Origin: the human T2T-CHM13v2.0 reference genome, Homo sapiens
NCBI RefSeq assembly: GCF_009914755.1
Contig: NC_060932.1
Direction: 5' to 3' (one strand)
DNA length: 64,000 nt
Shown: positions 39,661-54,739 of the stretch, one piece after another
Layout: each line of letters begins with the position of its first letter
Position numbering within the stretch: the stretch's first letter is position 1
The notes under the pieces: model-generated
Seen by the model: the letters and a program-made list of their open reading frames with translations, nothing else
Told to the model about the DNA's origin: nothing
Databases searched by the model: none
Translations under genes and position numbers: made by a program

Positions 39661-42660
39661 AGCCTCAGTTTCCCTATATGTAAAACTAGAGTGGTGGATG
39701 GAGCATATTTCTATGATTCTGTCAGTGGGTACTAATTGCAAAGCACACACTCAAAAAGATTCAAGAGCTGACTATCAGCTCTGCATATTTGATTAGTAGG
39801 AAAGAACTTAAGAAGCACAATTATTACTATTATAGTCTCATAAAATGACAAATGTCCTAAGTTTTATTACATTTTGCTAGTGTGACACCCCCACAGTTCC
39901 TGGCACATTTATGATTTCTATAGGAACAAGTGCAGAAACTGTCTTGGAGATTGACACAGCCCATCTGTTTTAAAATAGCTTGTGTTACAAAATGCCATAT
40001 TTTCGCCTAACATCCTCTTACACTGAAGCAGACAAAAAAGTTGGTATTATTAAGATATTATCTTTTAAAATATTTATCTATGTAGGACCATGATCTTTCT
40101 TTAAACACAACTAGTTTGATGGTAGATAATTGGTTAGTTCAGGTTTTCTCCCCTAATGCAGGATCACTAGTGATTGACTAATGCTGCATACCTCCTTTCC
40201 CTTTAATAATGAGTCTAAAATTAATTTCTAGTAACAGATAAAAATAAAGTGTTATGTCTGCTTCATGAGGATATACTTTCTGTTCAAAATGTTGGTTTTC
40301 TTGACAGAAGCTCCAATTAGAGACTGAAGCAACTACAGAAAAATACAAGGGATTTTCAAAAATTATGATACAGGTACAGCTTTTGAGTCAAAAAAAAAAA
40401 AAAAACTGCTTTAAAATGTACCGGGTTTTTGTTGTCGTTGTTTGAAGTTTGATACTCAGTATTTTAATATTTAAGGTAAAAGAGTCTCGTATCTTCTATG
40501 TAGATGAACTGCCTGCATTTCAATTTAAAGTAATGATGTGAACAATTTCACTTCATTACTTCCAGCTCTAGCTTCATAGTGTCTATGTTAATGCCTACCA
40601 ATGAAACATGAAAAGAACAAAGACTTCTAATTTGTATAATGGGCTTGAGTGAGATGGTTGCTTTCACCTCATGGATGAACACACTATGTGATTTTTAAAA
40701 ATTGTTAGAACCCAGAAACATATGGTATGTCAACACCACGTGCCACTCTCAAGCAAATATACTGGAGAGAAGCAAAACTCTTTTCATCATGCAGTGTGTA
40801 TCTTGTCAAAACACAGTTACTAGGAAAACTCATGGTTTCTATTTCAATAGGTCACAGATTTCTGTCACTGAGTCTCTTTTCATGTGAGTATAAGAAAATA
40901 GTAAAGTTGAAATTTCTAATCTTTCAAAACCAATTTGTGGTACTTTTACAAATAATATCAATTGAATCTGTTCAGGTTAAATGCAACAACGAAGTATGTG
41001 AAAAGATCTAAGAAGATCGAATGCCTGCAGTAGAGCACAGTGTACACTGTACCACAGTGGTACAGTGGTATCTACAGATTCATACAATGTAATCTGCTAA
41101 GGCATTTTATAAGTATTGGGTAAAGTTTTCAGCGACTTTGAAGCCTAGCACTCACACGTATATTCTGGCAGATGAATAAAAAAATATAGGTAATTGTCCA
41201 TATTATCTACCGATTTCATTGTGTATGTTTTCCACAAGTATCAGTCAGCTATTGAAATGCACGGTACATTTGTCTTTGTTCCTTTTAATTATAATGTATG
41301 TTTTCCTTCCTGAATTTGATATTGAAGCATGTATTGTAAATTACTTTAAACAGGAAGACCCAAGGTTTGCTGCAGATAAGATAATTTCATCCACCACCTA
41401 AAACATGCAAGGGTATCTGGATACAACAAAAGAAAATGAGACTTATTAGAAAGCTGTTCAAATAAATATTTATTTCAAGTGACCTTCAGACTAACCAGAT
41501 TATGGTTCTAAATATTTTCTTATTTTGATACATTTAGTAAACATAGCTTAAATATTTTTATACCACATTAAATAATTGTATTTTTAATGCAGACACACAA
41601 AAATATATAAAAAGGAAAGTTTATTTTAAGTCCATAGTTTTAAATGACATGGTTACAATGGACTCCTTTGGGTATGCCTATATAAAACAAATACTGTTCC
41701 TTAAATTCTTTAAGGAACGGCATTTGTTTCACTTTGAAACAGGCAATCTTGTAAGTTGCTGCCAGTGGTATATGAATGAAAATACAAGTCAACATATCTG
41801 TATATAAGTGAAAAATACTCAGTGAGTTTATCAAACTGTTTATACACTTGAGTCATATAATCCCTATTTCAGATTTATTGACTCATTTATTCAACCAATA
41901 TTGATTTAGTGATTATCATTCTATATGGTTGGAGATAGGGAGTAGGAAGAAAACAGCTAAATTCTGGCCTCATGGAGCTTACATAAAGGAAGACAGAAAG
42001 AAGACACCACAATATTTAAATATCCAAGTTATTTTAGATTGCAATGAACACAAACCGAAATGCTAAGTTAATATAGAAATGGTAAGAAACACTAGCCAAA
42101 CCATGAATCATCGTTTTGAGTTCACCAATACAGAAAGTTAATAGTTTGTTTAATCAGTGCATTTTACCATTGGTAGTCCACGGGAATATTTGTCGCATCA
42201 GGCCTCCTTTTAAAATATGGTGTATTGTATAAAATATTTATAAAACCAAAAAAAGACTAATTTGGTAAATGAGATTGATTAAAGAGAATACGTTCCATGG
42301 ATTTGTTCATTTTCTTTTATATTTAGAATGGCAGTCATATTGGTAATTGTAATATATCATCCACAACTGCTGTCCATATTTATAACTGATCTCATGTATA
42401 TTGAGCTCCTGATCTAGGCCACTAGGGATTGAAGGATGAAATAGATAGATACAGCCTCTGTTCCTATATACTCACATGCTAGTGGAGTAAGGCAATGAGT
42501 GAAATAACAGAACCAACTAGAAAATACAACTTGTACATAATTGTTACAAGGAAAATAAATTAGGATGATTGGAGACTACATGCATTTTAGAAGTAAACCG
42601 GTTTCAGATTTTGTGAGTGTGTGCGAATGATCCATGTTGAAGATTAGCCCACCCATTTAA

Positions 42661-42963
<303 letters not shown>

Positions 42964-43895
42964 CCACTTAAATTTTTATTCCTGCTTTAATTTTTTTTAG
43001 TTCAGAGAACTTCAGTTTTCAGCTCTGCCATGTGAAAAGCTTAGAAGTCATCACTCCCATCCTTACAAGTAAAAAATCTGGACAAAATGAAAAATCAATG
43101 ATCTTTCTGGGACCCAATAAATCAAACTGCCACTTCAAAATCTGGAGGGACAAGTTTACCCTGATAAGTACAACACAAAAACACAATCCATGGAAGAGTG
43201 AATGGCCAAGTTGGGTTTATTAAAATTAAAATTCTTCAACACTGTGAATGTCACTGTTCAGAAAATGAGAAGACAACCCAAATACTGGGAGAAATTTTTG
43301 CAAAAAGACTTGTATACAAAATATACAAAAATCTCTTACAACACAATATAGTAAACATCCAGCCCAGAGGAAAAAAAAATGGGCAAAGAATTTGAACAAA
43401 CACTTCACCTAAGAAGATACACAGATGACAAATAAGCATATGAAAAGATGTTTAACACTGTCATTAGAAATGTGAACTTAAAAATTAGATACCACTATAC
43501 ACCTATCAGAATAACTGAGGTCTGAAACAAATAAGTATACTAATTGCTGGTAAGAATGTGAAACAATAGGTTCTCTCATTCTGTGCCGTTGGGAATGCAA
43601 AATGGTACACCCACTTTGGAAGACAGGCAATTTCCTACAAAGCTGAATATAGTTTTACCATACAATTTAGCAATTACAATCTTAGGTATTTACCCAACTG
43701 ATTTGAAAGACTTATATTCACACAAAAACTTACACATAAATGTTTAGAGCAACTTTATTTATAATCTCCAAAAACCGGGTAACCAAGATGTTCTGACTAG
43801 GTGAATGAATAAACAAATATCCTGACAGTGAAATATTATTCCATGACAAAAAAAAGGAATATGCTGTCAAGCCACCGAAAACTATGGATACATTC

Positions 43896-44528
<633 letters not shown>

Positions 44529-44770
44529 CATTTTAAATGCATATTGAGAAGTAAAAAAAACCAGTCTGAAAAGGGTACATACTGTATAAGCCCATAGGAC
44601 ATTCTGAAAAAGGCAAACTTGGAGATACAATAAAAAATATTAGTGGTTGCCAGGCATTCTGCAAGTGGGGAGAGCATCAGATATCAGGTGAAGCACAGGG
44701 GTTTTTTTTTTAGGTCAGTGAAACCATTCTGTATGATAGTCTATGCATTTGTCAAAACCCATAGAACTTT

Positions 44771-44977
44771 AACATGGTGAACCCCGTCTCTATTAAAAAT
44801 ACAAAAAAATTAGCTGGGCATGGTGGTGGGCGCCTGTAGTCCCAGCGACTCGGGAGGCTAAGGCAGGAGAATGGCATGAACCTGGGAGCGGAGCTTGCAG
44901 TGAGCCGAGATCGCACCACTGCACTCCAGCCTGGGTGACAGAGTGAGACTCCATAAAAAACAAACAAACAAAAAAAA
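44771..44977 (+). mobile_element. AluY, 5'-truncated
   Basis: starts at aacatggtgaaccccgtctc; gaatggcatgaacc, ggagcttgcagtgag; TSD ~catagaa(c/t)tttaa. Confidence 0.92.
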
Positions 44978-46849
44978 GCATAGAATTTTAAAGCACAAAG
45001 AGTGAATCTTATTGATGCAAATTTTAAAATATCCTTTAGGAGATCATGGAATTCAAGAATAGAATGCAGAATGTAGAATATGACAAAATAACTGTATTAT
45101 AGATATATGAAATGACGTCACTGAAGGTGATGATGGGAAAGGACCTAGATAGCTTTAGACATGAGAGGAATATATAAGACCAAAGGCAAAGTAATCACTT
45201 TACTCTAGCTGATAAACTTGTGTCCCGATAGGGTATGAATTAAAAATTCTGGAAACACCACCTATTTATTCAGATCTTGGTTCCTAATAGCATTCTTAAG
45301 TGAAAAGAACCAGTGATCCTTGGTGACATAGCTCCTTCTAGGACTGGGACAGGAAATGTGCAAGATAAGTCTGGGGCATTTTATACTGAAAGAAGTGCTG
45401 AAAACTATTTTTTTACATTGATAGGGCTATCTCAAAAGGACACAGGAGCCTTCTGAAAGAGTTCCCAATAACCAAAGCTGTAAAACTTTGAGAAACAATA
45501 TCAACAAAATTGGATTATAACTTAAAGTATAAAATAAATACCCATACATTCATACTAAGATAAGAAAATAAATAAATAAATATGAGATAGAATAGACAAA
45601 TAGCCCTAGTAGAAGCATTCAAAAAAATTTACATAGATACCCTACCCTTAAAGAGATGGAACACGACTCATTACTGCTTAAATGTGGGATGCACATAGTG
45701 ACTTCTTTTCAAAGAATAAGCAATGGAAAGGGAGGAAAAGAATAACTCTGTTGTGAAGAAACTCACAAGTCCTACCTCAGTAAGGTGCTAGTGTGCACCT
45801 TTGATGTGGTATGAAGAGAATGGCACTTTATATCTGTGGTTTTTCTCCCTACATCCCATAACTCCAGTCTGATTAAAAAAAACAAAACAAAACAAACAAA
45901 CAAACAAAAAAACACCAGACAAATTCCAGTAGAGGGGGTTCTGTAAAATACCTGACTCCTTAAAACTGTAAAGGTCATCAAAACCAAGGAAGTCTGAGTT
46001 TCATAGCCAAGAGAAGCCCAATGAGATGTGACAAACAAATGTGATGTATCCGGCTTAGAATCCTGGAACAGAAAAAGGACATGTGGTAAAAACTAAGGAA
46101 ATCACAATGAAGTATGGTCTTCAATTAATAACGAAAAAAAAATGATTCTAGCTCCCTTTCAGCAAACTGCTCTCTATCCTTCCTCATTACCAGAACGTTC
46201 TGGGAACACAAATATCTGTATAATCACGGGGATCAGAACTCCCAGGAAATGGAGATTTCTCAGGAAATTGATCATTCTGCAGAGGATAAAATCTTAATAA
46301 AATGGATTATCACATTCCCTACTTTTTCAAATAGCACAGACTCAGCCTGATTTATTTTTTTCTTGATGACTCAGGACTTTATGACAATTATTGGATAATT
46401 TCTAGGGATTTTCTTAGGGCTCATTTACCTAACTTCAAGTACTTGTAAGACAAAGGCAGTATCTCTCTCTCTCTCTTTTTTTTTTTTTTTGTGAAGCATT
46501 TACACATAAGCACAGGTGATATTCTCTGGTAAGCACTGAATTCAGTGTGATCTCTCTTGTGTCTGGCTTTGTATTGCCTCTCCTCACTCTGGGTGGCTTT
46601 GTGTGGAACTATGTGGTCCAAACTGAGACTTCCTATGATGCAAAATCTTGTAACTGCTCCTCACCCCACTGTGTTGCAACTATGACAAAAGACACAATAT
46701 CTCTGACTTTTGGGTTATTACTATGGAAGCCTCGATAGCCTCCTGTCTTCATTTGTCATGGGAGGGATGTCATTGATGACTTTATGCCAGCTACTTTTTT
46801 CTTTCTACCAGATCTTTCAAAGATAACCATGTGGGATTGTTTCTGCGGA

Positions 46850-47115
46850 AATACCATTTATAGGGAAAACATTTCTTGATGACTTTAAACAAAGGAATGT
46901 TCCTCTAATGACTATATAACCCTTTACCCTGATATATTTTTATAACACTTATTACCACTGGATTTACAAGCTTATTTGTTTACTTGCTTAATGTCTGTCT
47001 TTCCTTTTGAATGAAATTCATAAAAGTCAGGCCTCATACCTTTCTTGTTTCCTGCTCTAGACTCTATGCTTATGACAGAGCACAGTCAGGGAATATTTGT
47101 TGAATAAATGATGAT
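46850..47115 (+). mobile_element. L2 3' end
   Basis: ttgtttacttgcttaatgtctgtctttcc ... aatatttgttgaataaatga. Confidence 0.65.
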
Positions 47116-48716
47116 TGAACTTTCTAAGGTCATGGTGTACCTTTGTGTTTCTGAATTTTTGGCGGAGACGTCTCTTGGTTCTGCCTAATCAACTTTCTCC
47201 CCTCTCACAATAGATACAATAATTATTGCTAAATTTGGCTTATTAAATAAACCGTGATTGAGGGCCTGTGATGATCTCTGATGAAGAAGTGCCTGAATTT
47301 TGTGTATGGAATTTATGACATCAATCTTGGCCACCCAAAGGCCTTAAAAATTTCTTTGCCATGTTCTGAAGATTAGATGTGAACTTGCCAAATTGTTATG
47401 CTATGAATAAAAGAATAGCTAACAGTTACTTTAATTTAATCCCAAACAAAACATGCTCAGTACAGGAAGTATTCTTGGAAGAAAAAAATGTAATACATCC
47501 CAAAGACAAATATATTCTTTTAAAAAATTAAATGTTCTTTTTCTTAAAATCACATATCCATGTTCTCCTCTTTAAAAAGTAGAAAAAAGAGAAGAATAGA
47601 TTAATATTGACAAATGTCACTAATTTTATTTTCCTAAAACATTCTCAGATCATGAGTAATATGCTCATATCCACAGGAACCACAAGATAACAGATTTTTC
47701 CTCAGGCCACATTGCCCCTACAAAAATAATTTTAACAGGCTAAACTGTCACTCAATTTAGAGTAGTGCAAAACGCATTATCCTTTTGGCAATAAGCAATT
47801 TTTTCATTAGTAGCCAAGATTGATCATTGTAAAGTTCCTTTATCTTTTTATGCACTACTGTTCCAATCAAGGTAGTATCACAAGGTCAAAACGAATATAA
47901 AAGCCATCTTTATTCAAAATATATTAACAAAGACAGTAGGAACACTCTGTGCATAGCCCAAAAAATCAAACACACCAAAACGTCAGAACTGCTTTAATTA
48001 TGTGAGAGTACCGATTGTTCTTAACACAAATCAAATGTGTAACAAAAGAAATAAAATAGTTTTAGCTTCTTCACACACCTACTTATCTCACAAAATTTAT
48101 ATCTTCAGGGGGCTTGAACTCCTGGTTTTATGCCCTCTCTTGCTTGGTACTCTGTGTATGGAAATTGTTTTTCTCAGATCTTTTCCTTTTGGAAGGACCC
48201 TCCTTTGGCCATTGTCATAAATGTTACTCCATTATCATGCAAATGGGTCATATAAACACTGAATGTTTCCTTAGCTGAATTCCTTCTGGTTCTATTGTCT
48301 CTTTCTATTTGTAATGGAAAAACAAGATTTTAAAATAATCAAATGAGTTCAGGCTACATCTTCTTTTACATCAGTGGCTCAGTCCCTCCTGTGGGGATGA
48401 AATGACCCAAGATGACAGTGTGCCCATTGGCTAATTACTTCCAGGAGCCAAGTACACACACTCAAATTCAAACCTTGGGTCTGATGAAGGATGTTTATAA
48501 GCACATCAATATTATAAGTTCCAGCTCATGCACCTAAGTAGAAAATGAGAAGAAGTGGTCATGCAGAAACGCAGAGTAACACAAAAATATAAAATGCACA
48601 TAACTAAGGTTAATATCTGTAGCAGAATAACACTAAGAGAGTTCATTCGTATACAGAATGTGTTGCCCACTCTCATGGAAGTGATTTGCTGTGCACCCAT
48701 TTCTATGCTCTGATGC

Positions 48717-49410
<694 letters not shown>

Positions 49411-49576
49411 GCACCCTTCATTCTGTATAGTTTAGAACTTTGCCCCTGGTTCAGATCTTATCCTTTCTGTTATACCACCTCCAAATCTCAGTTCTTCAAT
49501 GGAGAATTATCTGACAATTCCAACCTCTATTGATTTTTTCTCTCTCTGATTTCCCACATATTTTCTATATTTATAC

Positions 49577-49748
49577 CAATGATTCCCAAAGATGGAAAGC
49601 TATTAAAATTAACTTGGGGAATTTTTACAAAAATACTTGAGCCCCACTTGACCTTGTGATTCAGATTAAATGGTGGTACAACCTGGGAATCTGCATCTTT
49701 AAAGCTCTTCTGATGATTCTGATACACAGCCAGACTTGAAAACTTCTG
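49577..49748. mobile_element. MER5-type hAT-Charlie MITE
   Basis: cctgggaatctgcatctttaaagctc...tgatgattctgatacacagccagacttgaaaac. Confidence 0.7.
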
Positions 49749-50413
49749 ACTTCTGGTATATTATAAATTTTTAGGTTTTCATAATTCATTGTTTCTGCTT
49801 TCTTCAATATTGTTTGGAAAATACAATAACCTTAAATGAACAAATCTCCACTATAATTCACCCTTGCATGTAAGTACAAGAATAGCTCATCTGGGAAGCA
49901 GCTCCATCTCAAATCAGTGCTTGTAAACACTCTTGAGGATGATCACCTTCTCTGCAATGCATACCTTGTAGATTTCCCAAAGATGAATTTCACACATATT
50001 TCATTTTAAGTCAAGCCATCTTATATATGCCCTCAAATTTAATAATACATGGCAAATATTCAAAACATAACTTTACTAATTAGAAGATGGATTGAACTTA
50101 GTACGTGATAATCTCCTTAAAGATAGCAATCTACCTTAAGCTTTATAATTTAATGTGTGTTTCCTTAGGTGTCCCAAGTTGATGGGGGCTAAGGGAGTCA
50201 CGTTACTCCTTTCACACCTCTCCTCACTTATTAATGTAAAGTTTCCAGCTTCATGCAACATTTCAGTCATTAATTTTTGGGAGTCTCTATAGCGGTGTCT
50301 GCCATGTTGTTGTGCTGTCTGTGTTCCTTGAGGACTTGAAGTACCAAGGTACTTCACGGTGGAGAGAATAATCTCCTGTTGGGCACCAGAGTGGCATTAT
50401 TATTTACTACAGT

Positions 50414-50438
50414 GTTTTATGGCGACCGTCATGGAAAC
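50414..50438. promoter_or_regulatory. Tandem RFX X-box-like motifs
   Basis: GTTTTATGGCGAC followed by CGTCATGGAAAC; partial matches to GTTRCCATGGYAAC. Confidence 0.3.
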
Positions 50439-53400
50439 AGCTTTTCTCTTTCCATAAGTTAAGGCTAGAGCTGAAGTCATACACCACCAGAAGGTCAATA
50501 TTTGAGAGCACCTTACAGTCCTCCCCAATTTTCTCCCCACAGGCATTCCCTCATTCTAATCCTTCTGTTTCTACAATCAAAATCAGACAGGTAAATAGAT
50601 TCCTCTCTGGCTGCACAAAGTTAATCATTAAGTCAAATTTACAAGCATATTTTAATGCTAGTGATGTTAGTATTGTTCCATCTTCATTTAAGTTATTTAC
50701 ATCATGAAATATTGTTTACTTGCACAAGACATGTTTTATAGAAAACATATAGGCTTATTAATATGTTAGCTAGATATCTTTATTAAAGACAATGGACTTT
50801 AATTTGATAAATTATTATGTTATATACTATTGGATATGAATAGAATCTTATTGACAAACGTAATCTTTGAATTTCGCTATTGGCGATAACCAATGTACAA
50901 TACATGTATACAGTCTCAGGAACAGTCATAACAAGGTTACATTTATTTTTTGTTATCCTCAAGTGGGCTATGCCTTTGAAGTTTTCCTTAAAGTATTAAT
51001 TATTTGATATTTCAATATCAGATCTTCAATTTTGTTCTATTATATGTTCAATTGAGTTTCATTCTCTACTGAATTTCTTTGGAATGTTTGATACATCCAC
51101 TAGCCTTACTTTATTTTCATCAGTGTTATATAAGGCTTGAATCTTCAAAGCTGTAATGACTGAAATTTAGTTTAAAAGCAGGTTAGTTGGTTTATCATTA
51201 CATGTCCCAAGATCTTCCAAAGTCAAATAATAGTAAATCTGATTCCCTTTTCTCAGTTAACATCCTTGCCAGAGACTGAATTTTTTTCATTAATAACCAT
51301 ACTTTTAAGGAAAAGATTTCTGTTTCACCAAAGAAAAGGCCAGAACAGAAATTACAGTTTTTGCTCAAGATAATGACAGAAGAGGCTAATTTCCAGGCTT
51401 CTGTCTACTAGCCCCTTGATATAGCACTTTAGTAGGCTATGTTACAGATATGTTGACATAAATATCACAATTATTTGCATTTATTCAATTAAAATAATGG
51501 ACGTTGGTTGGATGAAGTAGTTTCCCCTAACCAGGAACACCATTTAAGCAAGTATCATTTTAAACACCACTGATTCCTTCTTACAATATGGCCACTAATT
51601 GTATAGCATTTGGTATGTGGCTAAACATTTCAGTTTCTTCATCTCATATTTACTATTGTTGGAATGAGGAATAATTTTAGTAAAAGGTGTAAAGCACCTA
51701 TCACAATGTCAAATTATAAGACATATTATTTATTATCTCCCATCTCTATATTCTAAGAAGGTAACTATATAATTTTATAACTGAAATGTCTAAATTTTAT
51801 AACCAAAGGTCAGATCCATTAAAATGGACCATCATTTATGCAACTGCACCTGTTGAAGGCATTACATCACATTTTCTGCCAACTTACTTAATTCTTGCTC
51901 AGCAATTACTGGTTTCTCAGTTTCTCGCCTGACAATAAAATACAGAAATCTTCCATTCTTTATTAACCTACAGGCAATTTTCCTTTGTGGTTTAAGAAGT
52001 CTGACATACTCGCTATTGTTAACTGCTCATGTTAACTGCTATCTGCTCAGGACCATATGAGAAAGATAGCATTAAAGAGAAAACCACAGAAACCAAATCT
52101 CTTGACTCTAGTAAAGTTTAGCGATAGCCACACATTTTAGTAGAAGTGGAAAATAATTTCAACTCTTCCTCCCAGATGGAGAGACTTCTTGAACATGCTC
52201 AGTACATGTGCATAAAACCAAAGAACCAACTTCTACTTAGAAACCTCAAGAATATTTTCAAATGGATAGAGAAAATAGGAAGGTGTGAATGGATGTTATC
52301 ATGACTCCTGGGTCACCAAGAGAATAAAAGGTTCAGGGAAAAAGTTATAACATTTTAGTACATGTACGGCCTGCCTAATACATTTAGTTATTACATGGGA
52401 CTGTTATGAAACCCACATGAGCAAATTCATATGAAAGCTCTTTGCAAACTGTAAAGTGCTTCACATACCATGAATTGTTCATGAAATATAGGCAGTTTAA
52501 ATGTGGATAAAAAATGTTTGGTGACCTTAAATATTTGTATAACTTTTAATGAATATTCAAAACTCTTTGATGATTCTAAACAAAAAGTTGCAAGTCCCAC
52601 TCAGAATTTTAAAATAAGTTTTAGCCCCAAAGAGTAATTTCAAATAATCAATTCTTCTTTCCTCTGTGATTAACACACCCACATGCAGAGGGAAACTTAC
52701 ATCAATTCATTATTTTTAAATGCAGTACTTTGGAGTAGGGTCAATAACTGCCTTACTATGTTTTGCCCCTCTCTTTAAAATTCTGCTGGCAGCCAATTCC
52801 TGCTACAATCACAGTAATGGGACAGTTCAAGTGTTTGCAATAGTGCAGCATTTTGTTATGCAATTGAAGGATAAATATGTCTTTATCTTTCCAACTACCC
52901 AGCTTTATTTCTGCCAAAGAGTGGTAAAAGTGAAAAGGAAAATATTTATGGGAAAATGGGTGAAAAATAATGAGAAATGTAACAGATACAGATGGTATTG
53001 CTCAAGTTAGAGATTTCCTAATTTGGAAATCTTATTAAAATACGTTGATTGGCCACTTAAGTGATACCTAACAGGGTGGTAGTTTCATAGACTAAGGCTG
53101 ACCTCAGTTTTGTAGCCCTGGAAATGAGATTTTGTTAGTGTCATTCTAAAGAAATAGATTTCTGGGAACTGATTCATGCTAAGCGCAGTTATCGGATACT
53201 GACCAGAATGTCACTGAATTCTTAAGGAGGAGAAGTATGAGTGTTCAGGTTTGCTTAGTAGTTATGTCAGCTGCTCAATACATTGCTCCCTTCTGGAAGC
53301 AAATCTGCAGGAAACGTTAAATTATACTAGAAGGCTGCTTAATTAGCATGGGAAAGGAGCAAGTGAAGTTCAGTTCGGTTCCAATTCTGGCTCCCTTTTT

Positions 53401-53506
53401 ATTCTAGATATTGACAAACATCAGATATACACAGATGAATAAGACAAGACTCTATACTCAGGAAGAGCAATTAAGTAGGGGACCAAAACATAAACATGTT
53501 ATTTTA

Positions 53507-54059
53507 TATCAACCAGAGCTCTTAGGTGCAAGTGACTGAAACCAACTACGACTCTTTTTTTTTCATGCAAAATAGAAGTTTACTAAAACAATAATGAGTT
53601 CCTCAAGAAATTGTTAGAAAGCAACATTAAGGCCATATAAGAAGAAAGAATGCCCAAAATCACATACAACAACCAGTCTGGCGAGGACACCACTACCACC
53701 ATCCCCAACAGTAACTATTACCATTCCCTTTTCTAGACCCACTAGCACAGTACACTGCTGCTGTCCCTCTGCCACCATTTCTCTGCCATTGTGACCCCAG
53801 GTGTTTGAAATGTTTTTAACAACAATGCCGAGAGAGTTCCTGGTAGTCCTGCAATTCTTGGGCTGGTACAACCAATTGCTTGAGCCTAGGTAGCATGCCT
53901 GCACACTACCTTCATGAAAGCTTGGGTAAGCTAATACATGTCACTTTCCCTCTCTATAGTACAGTAGATACTGGTTCCCTCAAGATATATACATTTCTTA
54001 AGCATAAGAAAGAAGTTTGATTCTGTGCAACCATCAATAATGACTAATGACTTCTACAC
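53507..54059 (-). mobile_element. Old MLT1 (K/L/M-type) LTR
   Basis: tatcaaccagagctcttaggtgcaagtgactgaaaccaact typical of reverse late-MLT1 end. Confidence 0.5.
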
Positions 54060-54237
54060 TTTCAACATAGTAAGGTAGATACACCAGTAGATGTATGTTT
54101 TGCTTGCTATATGAAAACAGAGGACAGTCATCAAAAAATTGGCAAGATTATTTTCTTAGTTATCACCAAAGGTTATGATAATCCTGTGTATTCATTTCCA
54201 CTAAAGACAAGGCAAAAAGACAATGAGAACTGATGTT

Positions 54238-54275
<38 letters not shown>

Positions 54276-54345
54276 CTATATATATAGTGCACATGTAGTT
54301 TATATATATATATAAACTATATATATATATAGTGCACATGTAGTT
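54238..54345. repeat. (TA)n tract with duplicated ctatatatatagtgcacatgtagtt unit
   Basis: direct read; includes a perfect 24-bp palindrome at 54296-54319. Confidence 0.9.
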
Positions 54346-54739
54346 CAAGGTCTGAAGCGCTTGGTCAGATTAAGTAATTGTGCCCAGGTTTCCAACTGAT
54401 AAATAACAAAGGTGACAAAAATCAGACATATCTGATTGTAACAATCTACTTTTTGCAGTACATCAAATGCATCCTAGATCATATGTGGTTGTGGTCATTC
54501 CATCCAGAATTGACTGGAGTCAGAGACTGTTTCATGATAACTAAATACATGAGACTGACAGACAATTTGGAATGCCAAATATTGTAGATCAAATACTTAG
54601 CCAATATGCCCTTCTCTGGACAGTGCAGAAAGTCTACCACTAAAATCTTATCATTCTTCTTTTCTGGATATAACGTAGATAACCCTTTCTTGATAGCATT
54701 TTCTTTATTCATACACAGAAATACTAACTAAGTAGATAT

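Noticed and set aside
40708-40883. Possible plus-strand exon ending CAT/gtgagt
   Set aside because: Weak pyrimidine tract and unrecognisable translation.
45113-45120. Second TGACGTCA
   Set aside because: Within an L1 3'UTR relic with no supporting context.
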